Source: Asterionella formosa (lineage: Eukaryota). Taken from it: a stretch of DNA of 33,416 nt. The position numbers were made by a program, and so were the translations under genes. The stretch is taken from contig NKIB01000351.1 of assembly GCA_002256025.1 (NCBI GenBank), positions 1 through 33,416 of the forward strand. The letters are read 5' to 3'. The notes beneath the pieces are model-generated. The model ran no database searches, was not told where the DNA came from, and worked only from the letters and a program-made list of their open reading frames with translations. Below, piece by piece: positions 9,949-18,748 of this stretch (the stretch's first letter is position 1; each line of letters begins with the position of its first letter).

Positions 9949-12297
9949 GGTTGCTGCATTTGAACCCCTAGCTCGAGGTAGGGTTAAAAAAATAATATTC
10001 AGTCAGACTAATCAAACACGTACTTTTCACATGCAATTTAAATATGTATAACGCTCAACGGAGCTTTCACCAATACACACCGTTTCCATATGCTTAAATA
10101 CAGTCTTCGGACAAAGTAGGGGTGTAGGTTCACTCTATATATCGTCAGTATATAGGATCTGGTCAGAAACTGCAGAAAGGAACTTCGGTTTTTTAACTAG
10201 GCTAAAAAGACTCGAAATTTCGGGGGAAATCTCTTTATTTGGCATAGTAAAAAAACCCGAAGTTCCTTTCTGCAGTTTCTCGCCAGAAGTTATATACTGA
10301 TGCTATTTGAAAGTTACCTATGTATCTAAATCGTCTTCAGACCCAGCCAATGTTGAAATATCGTCGTCCAAAAACTCGACAAAATCGGCCTTTTCTACGG
10401 TCGCCAAAATATCGGAATCAGAATTACTATGAGCCAAAACGTCATCATCGGAATAGTAGTCGTGTGCCGGAATTTTTAGTACCATGTACTAAAATCTCCT
10501 TTCCAACAAATTCCATTGTAAGTGCCCGCTTCCACATATACAATATTATTGGTCAGCATGAATTACTTACGTCCATTTGATTTGCCTGATCTGCAGGGCG
10601 TTGCAAACTTACGCCGGCCAGACTGGATGCAAATGTAATACCAGTACCGGTACTATGATTCGCTTTGCCTTGAAAGAATGGACAGAGCTTGCTGCTTTTT
10701 CTCTGATGATCATTCCGGCCGCAATGTTTGCATTGCGCATTTGCATTCTTTGTTGTGGCCTCCTGATCTTGGTCTTCTAATAAAGCCACCCCAGAGCTGT
10801 AAGTCTTTCCAGTTTTATTGTCGAACCTTTCTTGTTTGACAGCTTCAAATCGTGCAGCATGAATTTTTTCGTTTCGTTTCCTTTTCCGATTGAATTGCGC
10901 CTTGTAGGCTGCACCATCGTTCCATCGCTTTTCCTTCTGTTTCCAGAAGGATTCTTGTAGTTGCGACATTTTCATTCCACATCGTTTGTATACATCTTTA
11001 TTGTATTTTGTGACTCCTTGTGTTTGTTGTCCGGCAACTGATGCCACTCTGTATTTTAGGCCACCAAATCCTGCAAACACTTTGTTCTTTGGACATCGTT
11101 GTGACACTGCACTGTTCATTCCCTCATTCATCTGTGTATCGAATGGATGATACAATGAAAGGAGCTCTTCTCCTTCGACTTTTGTTGCCACATTTTTCAT
11201 TAACCATTCGTATAAATTTTGTTTCCTTTTCCTTGTCATGATATTTTCCGTTACTAACACTTTTCCCAGACTTGACAGGACACCATGACTCAGAGCAGTA
11301 GTCGTGGCAACCAAACAAGTGGTTGATTGGTGCTTTGGAGGACTCCGTGAATTCGGTTAGAGAGAGGTTCCGGTTTTTTTTAATCCATGCTCCATAATAT
11401 ATCTTGAGTCGGAGACAATCTGCTTTGGAAGGTCTCTCTACACAAACTGGGCCATTGGATTTCAGAAAAGCAGGGCGGAGAAGAATGCGGATCCTGTGCG
11501 ATGGATCGGAAAGAAACCGTGGTTCTGGAATGTGTAGTGGAAGGCATCCTTTGTCGGGTTTTTTTTACCATTTAATGTCCTTGGCCAAGAGCAGTGGTTG
11601 CCACTTCCGCCTCACCAACTTTCTCTTCTACCGCAGTGAAATTACCTTGGGTGGACCAAAATCCAACTGCAAGAGGTAAGTTCATTGCAGAACAAACAAT
11701 GTCGGCGTCACCAGGTCCCAATCCAGCTTCGTGCCAACCAAGAATAAACTGCTGGTTGATTGCAAACTGTTTTGCTTCTTTTTTCTTTAATAAACTGCTG
11801 GTTGACTGCAAACTGTTTTGCTTCTTTTTTCTTTATCTCACCATGGTCTTCATCTTCGTTGTTGCAGCTTCTTGCAGATTCGAGTTTAGCAACCTGTTTT
11901 TGGCGGGTCAAACATGTTATTTTGACGGCACTTGCCAACCCGTAGGTCTCTGATGACACAACAATCAACGGTTGCATTACTGATTTTTCTAACAAGGCTT
12001 GTTCCAAGAAAGAATCACATTTCTCTTCCATTGTAATGTGGTAGGCACTATTGTTTTGTAGGTAAGTTACAAAGGCATGAACAGTTTGTTTACTATATTC
12101 ATCAACAAATGTACTAACACATGTTCTGCAAAACACATTTTCCTGCAGCAATGTTGACAATGAAGGATATTTGATGACTTGATTCCTGCTTTGCTGAAAA
12201 GCTGGTTGAAATAGCTAATTAAATTCTTAATTCCAGGGAATTTTCGCAACCCTAAGCAATATTTTAATTTTTGCCTAGGGGTTCAAATGCAGCAACC
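9949..12297 (-). mobile_element. Kolobok-type DNA transposon (non-autonomous deletion derivative, 2349 bp)
   Basis: Perfect 23-bp TIRs GGTTGCTGCATTTGAACCCCTAG (9949-9971) and CTAGGGGTTCAAATGCAGCAACC (12275-12297), flanked by TTAA at 9945-9948 and 12298-12301. GG...CC termini with a TTAA target site are Kolobok hallmarks. Confidence 0.9.
10553..12200 (-). pseudogene. Kolobok (Mutator-like DDE) transposase pseudogene
   Basis: Fragments across frames: ETYGLASAVKITC; INQQFILGWHEAGLGPGDADIVCSAMNLP; DKGCLPLHIPEPRFLSDPSHR...DCLRLKIYYGAWI...APINHLFGCHDYCSESWC; HPFDTQMNEGMNSAVSQRCPK (catalytic E region); TYSSG; CKHCGRNDHQRKSSKLC. Frameshifts at ~11790 and ~11220, plus an apparent deletion near 11590 that removes the first two catalytic Asp regions. 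Confidence 0.8.
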
Positions 12298-12325
12298 TTA
12301 AGGTAGAGACTATTGTTTCATATAT

Positions 12326-14260
12326 CTAGCAAATGTTCACAAGGCCCGATCTTGTACTCAACTGGCCTATTAACAAGCTTTGGACACCTTTGGATGGGTC
12401 GGTCAGATAACTTTGGTAGTGCTGTACCTCAAAGAGGGCTGTACCATCGATTCCGGCTGCTTGTTTTATAAAGTAATTGCCTCCAGGGTGAGTGTAAGTG
12501 GATAAGTCATACACTTGATCATAAAAAACTACCCACAACATGTCGGCGTGAGCTGCAACTTCTTCAATAGTGAAAAGCCTCAATAGACAATTCGATTCCT
12601 GCTGGTTTGTCGGTCGGACGGTGGTCGGCCACGAGAGAGAGGGTACTGATGTAGGGGTGGGAGTTGGTGTAAATTGATCTGATCCATTGCAAATATTCAC
12701 AAGTCCCGCCTTCGTACTCAAACGTCCAATCTTGAACCTTTCTATACCTTTATTTGTGTCATTGATATAGCTTCTGACGTGCTGCCGCTCGAAGAAGTTA
12801 GTGGCCTCGGTTCCAGCAGCCAAATCAATGTATGTGTAACCTCCAGGATGATTATAAGTCGATAAGTCAAAAACTTCGTCATAAAACACTACCCACTTAT
12901 CATTAATGTGGGCTTGGACTTCTTCGATTGTAATGAGTCTCACGAAACAATTAGCCTCCTGAGTACTTGAGGGTCTGATGGTGGTAGGCGTTGATACAGT
13001 AGGCACGAGAGTAGGAGTTAGAGTAGGTGTTGATACAGGCATGCCTCCCAGACAATCATTCAATAGACCTGACACCGAACTTAATCGTCCAATCATCAAT
13101 TCCTGAACCCCCACCCTTGAGTTGGTGAGTAAGCTCTTGCTGTGGTGTTTCTCAAAATGGGATGTTGCGTCAGTTCCAGCAGCCATTTTCATGTAATACA
13201 CTCCTCCTGGATGGTCGTAATTTGACAAGTCATACACATTGTCATAAAATACCACCCACCGATCAACCTCATGGTCGTTGACTTCGTCAATAGTTATTAG
13301 TCTCACCCAGCATTTCGAATCCTCTTTGTTTGTGGGCCTGATGGTGGCCGTCAGAGGAACAGTAGGCTTAGATGGAGGTGATGCGGTTGGCCTCGGTGCG
13401 GAGACTTCGGATTGCGACGGTGCTACAGAAGTTTCGTTGGTTGACAACACCCCGATTATATGACGTTCAATCAGAGGCAAGAAATTGATTGGATGAAAGC
13501 TATCGAAGACATCCGTTGCATTCGTTCCAGCAATGGAAATAATAAAACTGGCTCCTCCCGGGTGCACTTGAGCATATGCAGTCAAATTATAAACGTTGCC
13601 ATGAATGGCGGCCCAAAGGTCATATTCGTAGCGATGTAGGGCGATTTCAGTAAGGGGAATTCCAGTTAGGATCGTTGTATTCGTTTCAGATGGGATCGTT
13701 GTATTCGTTCCCTCCTCAATCAATGTGCCAATTAGTGTACTTGGAATGGTATCTAGCAGGCGTTGATTGTGATGAAGGGCATAGGCGGAAGTAGCTCTAG
13801 TGCCTGCTAGGCTTGTAATGACGTTTACCCCGCCTGGGTGCTGGTTGGCATAATCTGTCAGATCGTAGACATTCCCGTGAATCTCAAGCCAGCAGTCGTC
13901 GGCGGAGCTATGAAGTGCTAATTCTGCCAGAGAAACTTGAGTAAGGTACTGTGAGTTCTGGGCTGCTGAGACCTTCGCGAGTTGTATGTCTTTCGAGTTG
14001 AAGTAGGCATATGCTCCAAAACCAATGCCAGCGGTGACAAGCAAAGACACAAACAGGGAAATCGCCTTGGAATAGTTGGGAGTAGGTTTGATTCCTTCCT
14101 GGAAAGCATCGTCTTGACCCGTAAGTGTAAGTTCGTCGTTGAAACTCTCGCCTTCAACCAACGAATTTTCGTTGCAGGTCTGGGAGTCTGTACTTATTGT
14201 GCTTTTCTTTTGGGGGAACAGGTCGTACCCTTGTTCGATGTTCCTATTGCCAGAGTCCAT
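12326..14260 (-). CDS. Single-pass membrane protein with five tandem cytochrome b5 heme-binding domains (644 aa, intronless)
   Basis: TM helix at aa ~66-87. HPGG at aa 141, 233, 350, 471 and 591, each with a second His exactly 23 residues later (164, 256, 373, 494, 614). Each domain has the W-x4/5-V(Y/F)(D/N)L and AGxxAT/GT motifs. Linkers are Pro/Thr/Ser-rich. Confidence 0.95.
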   Translation of the reverse strand: MDSGNRNIEQGYDLFPQKKSTISTDSQTCNENSLVEGESFNDELTLTGQDDAFQEGIKPTPNYSKAISLFVSLLVTAGIGFGAYAYFNSKDIQLAKVSAAQNSQYLTQVSLAELALHSSADDCWLEIHGNVYDLTDYANQHPGGVNVITSLAGTRATSAYALHHNQRLLDTIPSTLIGTLIEEGTNTTIPSETNTTILTGIPLTEIALHRYEYDLWAAIHGNVYNLTAYAQVHPGGASFIISIAGTNATDVFDSFHPINFLPLIERHIIGVLSTNETSVAPSQSEVSAPRPTASPPSKPTVPLTATIRPTNKEDSKCWVRLITIDEVNDHEVDRWVVFYDNVYDLSNYDHPGGVYYMKMAAGTDATSHFEKHHSKSLLTNSRVGVQELMIGRLSSVSGLLNDCLGGMPVSTPTLTPTLVPTVSTPTTIRPSSTQEANCFVRLITIEEVQAHINDKWVVFYDEVFDLSTYNHPGGYTYIDLAAGTEATNFFERQHVRSYINDTNKGIERFKIGRLSTKAGLVNICNGSDQFTPTPTPTSVPSLSWPTTVRPTNQQESNCLLRLFTIEEVAAHADMLWVVFYDQVYDLSTYTHPGGNYFIKQAAGIDGTALFEVQHYQSYLTDPSKGVQSLLIGQLSTRSGLVNIC

Positions 14261-15364
14261 TTGGGAAATGATTTAGGATGAAGCGGTTTAAATTGAAAGT
14301 ATTACCTCGTGGAGCACCAGGGCGAAGGCAAAACGAGGATTTGAGAATCTTTGAAATACCGCCTATAATCCTATTGCCTCCGACAGTTCCTCATCAAGCA
14401 AGATTAGGATGAATTTTTGGCAAGTAAGATGAGGACGGCCTGCGCACTGCAAGAATGGCCAGCCCCCCGAAAGTGACATTCAAACTTTGTAAAAGATCTA
14501 CCCGTTAGTCTGATTAAATAGAATCCGAATAAGGGTAGTCTATCCGTCCTATTATTGTATGAAGACACGAACAAAGGCGAGGGAAGTGTCTGAGCGACGC
14601 GGAGTATACATGTACTTCTTTGCATGTACTCTTCTTGGCCCCTTTTTCCAGCGGATATTTGTATACAGTGCTGTATATTATTTTATTTCACGTCGCTGCG
14701 ACCACTGAAACTTTTATGTGATATGCCGCATACGTACCTGGTACTCATAATGTTCACACGATCGAAAATTCCTACATTTCTATCTTTCTTCGTCTTTTGG
14801 GAAATCAACCGTATGTGCTTAACTACTGGAGTACACCAAATATTGGATTCACGCACCCCCAGCCAAGGCAGTCATGATATACGCATACGGTTAGATAGAT
14901 ATACGCTGATGATGTTGCCTACCGATGGTATGCGAAATCCAGAATTATGTACCGGTATATGCCGGTATAAAGAAATTCATCTACTGTCAATAAATTGCTG
15001 CATTTTGAATGGTTGCTTGGCTTTTATCTAACGGTAAGTAGAATCTCGAAGGATAAAAGCTATGTCAGGATGCATGGATGTCACATATTCTTCACACATG
15101 AATGTGCCGGTAAATTCGGACTGCTTAGGCAGTACAGTACAGTACAGTACAGTACAATACAGTGCTAGGTTACCAACCGGTGTTTAGAAGTACCACGGTA
15201 GACCGGCACCAGTTGGCCAAATATTGCGGTGCCGCCAATCGCTGATGAACAAGACGGACAGGCAGGCCACCAAGCACGACGATAAACCCAACGCACCTTC
15301 CACCGAAGTCGTCCTAAACCTTTTCGTTTCATTGGAGTATTTTTCATGTTGACAACGTAGGAGA
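14261..15364. promoter_or_regulatory. Putative bidirectional promoter region between the multi-cytochrome b5 and ferric reductase genes
   Basis: 1104 bp between two divergent start codons, with no recognisable gene or transposon. It contains a (CAGTA)n tract and the near-palindrome TACCGGTATATGCCGGTA at ~14950. Confidence 0.5.
15130..15164 (+). repeat. (CAGTA)~7 microsatellite
   Basis: cagta x5, then caata and cagtg. Confidence 0.9.
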
Positions 15365-16951
15365 ATGACAAAGTCTACGATTGATCCCCCGTTCTTCCAG
15401 CTCGTTCTATATCCATGCAGCGCCTGCCTTACGTCATGGCTGCTCCGAATCAGGTGGATGCTAGCTCGCCCCTTAGAAATTAAAATTCTTCCAAAATGGG
15501 TTCAATTGCCGTTCGTCAGTTACTTGACAATGGGCGACCTTCTTTTGGCGTTTCCATTGTTGCTCATTTTCTTATATAGCTACAATGCTACCTTCGTCGC
15601 TCCTAAAATCAAATTCAGCGGTACTCTTGCATCTTACGCCATGTTCGGAGTGCTCTTGACTGCCAACAAAAGCAACAATTTACTTACGTTAATCTTGGGC
15701 ATTCCTTTTGAGCGATTGATTGGCTATCACATGCTTGCTGCTCTGACTTGCTTGGTATTGTCTGGCTTTCACATTCACGTGGCATTTGTATACAGCGCTA
15801 ACACTAGCCTGTCAAATGGAGATTCCTTCGGGAGCTTTGCCTTCCGTGATCAACACAATGTTGCCGGTACTCTATTATTTGGAACTCTTGCCCTCCTCGT
15901 GTTGTCTTCTGTTTTTGGCAAAATCCGTCGCCTTTGGTTTGAAATCTGGTTGTATGCACACTTATTTCTGGTCCTTTGCGTATTTATTTTTTCTGTTCTA
16001 CACGGTGTCAACAAAATATTCTTTTTCATTGCCTGGTGGTTCTTGGATGTGCTCATACGGTACATTGTCATGGCTGGTTGCAAGTACCGGACCAGGGCCA
16101 CAGTCCAAGCCATTGGATCAGATGTAGTACAACTGACATTCGACAAACAATTTGAATACAATCCAGGCCAGTTTGTGCAAATTTGTATTCCTCAACTTTC
16201 CAAGGTTCAATTCCACCCCATTTCCATCTCGTCAGCACCTCACGAAGAGCAGATGACGTTACATGTCCGCGGGTTAGGAGGATGGACTCTTCAGCTAATT
16301 GAACTGGCAAAGCAGCAATCGGAAGTCACTGTAATGATCGAAGGGCCATTTGGAAGCCTTAGTGTTGAGATTGACAACCAGGTGCGATACACGATGGCAC
16401 TCCTTGTCTCAGGCGGTATTGGTGTCACACATTGTCAGTCAGTTGGAAAACATCTTGTGAATCAACTCAAGCAGGGACGAAACCTACATCGACTCAAGTT
16501 TGTATGGGCTGTGAGGGACATGAACTTGGTCGATGGCATTCCGCCATTGGGTGGTGTGAATGGCAATTTGAAAACGCAAACTGAGCCACCAAGATCTATT
16601 GTAAATACGGATCCTAAAGGCGAAATATTGGTCGAAGAGGACGAAAAATTCTACAGGAGTGACCAAGTTATTCAAACTGATATCTACCATACTGAAGGAG
16701 TCGCTGGCGACTTGGTTGACAGTGGCGAACGCCCCTATAACCTTTGTTATGGTCGTCCTGATTTGGATGTCATCTTTAAGCAAATTGAAGGAGAGGCAGT
16801 TCTCAATGGAGTAAGCAATGTAGCAGTAATTGGATGTGGACCTGCTTCGTTCATGCTTGCTTTGCGAGCAGCATGTCGACAACATTCACAGTCGGTTATG
16901 GACTGTGGAGGTGTCAATTTTGATCTTCATCTCGAAACATTTGAGTTATAG
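15365..16951 (+). CDS. FRE: Ferric reductase (FRE/FRO; ferric reductase-like TM domain plus FAD- and NAD(P)H-binding domains; 528 aa, intronless)
   Basis: Two bis-His heme helices, YH-x13-H and AH-x13-H. FAD motif PGQFVQI...FHPISISS. NAD(P)H motifs EGPFG, LVSGGIGVT, FVWAVR and GCGP, with C-terminal HLETFEL. No EF hands. Confidence 0.95.
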   Translation: MTKSTIDPPFFQLVLYPCSACLTSWLLRIRWMLARPLEIKILPKWVQLPFVSYLTMGDLLLAFPLLLIFLYSYNATFVAPKIKFSGTLASYAMFGVLLTANKSNNLLTLILGIPFERLIGYHMLAALTCLVLSGFHIHVAFVYSANTSLSNGDSFGSFAFRDQHNVAGTLLFGTLALLVLSSVFGKIRRLWFEIWLYAHLFLVLCVFIFSVLHGVNKIFFFIAWWFLDVLIRYIVMAGCKYRTRATVQAIGSDVVQLTFDKQFEYNPGQFVQICIPQLSKVQFHPISISSAPHEEQMTLHVRGLGGWTLQLIELAKQQSEVTVMIEGPFGSLSVEIDNQVRYTMALLVSGGIGVTHCQSVGKHLVNQLKQGRNLHRLKFVWAVRDMNLVDGIPPLGGVNGNLKTQTEPPRSIVNTDPKGEILVEEDEKFYRSDQVIQTDIYHTEGVAGDLVDSGERPYNLCYGRPDLDVIFKQIEGEAVLNGVSNVAVIGCGPASFMLALRAACRQHSQSVMDCGGVNFDLHLETFEL

Positions 16952-18748
16952 CAAATGGCATTAAATTGATGAAATGGTTGTATCCTGTGAATAATTGCAT
17001 CCCAAACCTACAGGTTACGCTTTGATCCTGGGGCTAGCTTGACTACCAGTACGTGCTTTAGAATAATTCCAATGATGGCAACTACCGGTAGGGTCCCTTG
17101 TAATCTGCTGCATTGTCCTTTCATAGTTTAGATCCACAAATTGATTTCGACAGAATTGATTTTAAGCGAAATTCTATTCACAAAGGTTACACCTCGACCA
17201 GCCAGGAACAAGGACAACAGTTTAAAGGACAAAGAAAATTGGTATGCATGATCTTGTGTCCACTGTGTATGGAATGGACAATGCATGTTGAGCAGTTGAT
17301 CCAATTGTTGCACATCCAGTTCTCAGAAAGACATCAGCATTCAGAATTGACATCAATGACAACCCCAGAACCACCCTATTATGACAAATATCTTCATTCA
17401 AGTAGTTTCTGCATGATACACATAAGGATTTTTTTCTTAGTGAGGAAGTACGGAGTTTCCCAAACCTCCCTGGTACTGCAAGATAACAGTACTAGTAATG
17501 CATCAAACAACACGAATTATCATTTTTTGTGCTTACATTCTCATTATGAGTCACAGCAGCAGTACGGAAGTGCTACAGCCATTTTCTCGTCTTCCTCCCA
17601 GTCTCCCTCCATGCTTCGCTGCATATCATTATTTCTCGATAATAGTGAGTGGAACCCAAGCAAATCTTAACGAAAAAGATAGAAGTTTCAGAAGTTTGGT
17701 GATTATTTAATGTTGACACTTGCAGAATCGTCAATTCATGGTAATTGGCTTCGCTCTGATTTTTTGCTTTTATTAATTGAAAGTTAACATTGCTTGGTGA
17801 TGATACGAAATTTGTCAACATCAACGTGGTTTTCTTTCTTTGATTAACTAGATGTATGCATCCATGTTGCTGGTAACCAAAAAGTTGAGTTGCCAAGTGG
17901 TGCTGTGGTGCAGTGGCTGGTTGACTTCTACAGGGCAGAGGTTTGTACCAATAGTCTGATTTTTGCCTTTTTATATTACCGAGTATGGAGAACCAGTTCC
18001 AATCTTCACGAAGAATGCAAAAATATTATCTTTTATTATGTGTTGGAAAGTGGCTCTGGGCTGATGATGCAGGGAGATACTGCCAACAAGCAACAACAAT
18101 TGTGAGCAGGGTTGGAAATTTTCAACAAAGGTCAGCAGTCAAAAAGATATCTCCCACAAGGCGGCTTTGCAGCCTCCAGAAATTGAAAAACCGCACAACA
18201 ACAGTTATCTTTCTATGAAGTGTGGAAGTGTGTATGGAGTTTCCGATCAGTACATGAATTGACTATCTTGGTGGAAATGTAATGTATAAAGGCATGAAGC
18301 ATTACACAGACCACATACTATCCATACCTGTGAAATGTACATGTATGTACGTGATCCAGCTGTATGAATATTAAATATATTCATATTTTCCATAGATATC
18401 ATGTGGCTGGAAAACGACATGATCATTATTGTTTTGGATTTTTAAGTCTGTGCTTAATTACATGTGGAAATCGAACCACATAATTTCTTCAAATAAAATG
18501 GGGTATGGTGAAACCAATGCTTCCCAGAATTATCATCTTTCCCAAGGTCGTGTATGATGATCACATGGGCTTTTGTGTCTATAATTGAATTGAACCCAGC
18601 AGTGGATTATCCTTTAACCCCTTTCCGGGTCCCTATGTCTGCGGCATTACGCAACAGTGCCATTTGTGTCAGCTACAATAGGGGAGGACTCTCAACAAGT
18701 GACAGTCGAGAACTGACCATGCATGTCATGTTGACTGAATTTGAGATA

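Noticed and set aside
9945..12301. piggyBac classification because of the TTAA flanks
   Set aside because: The termini are GG...CC rather than CCC...GGG, and the protein motifs (TQxNE...CPK, HLFxxHxxC...WC) are Kolobok-like.
12326..12340. C-terminal VNIC as a prenylation signal
   Set aside because: It is not a CaaX pattern. The Cys is the repeat-conserved partner of C558.
14624..15031. 135-aa ORF in the b5/FRE intergenic region
   Set aside because: No motif, and composition typical of a spurious ORF. It cannot be excluded as a uORF.
15365..16951. NADPH oxidase (NOX/RBOH) identity for the reductase
   Set aside because: There are no EF hands and both His pairs are spaced by 13 residues, which favours a ferric reductase. 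Superoxide production is not strictly excluded.
17113..17670. 185-aa ORF downstream of the ferric reductase as a third gene of the module
   Set aside because: Non-ATG start, no recognisable domain or targeting signal, and composition like the surrounding degenerate DNA.
18614..18650. TTAACCCCTTTCCGGG as a piggyBac-like end
   Set aside because: No matching opposite terminus or transposase found in the window.
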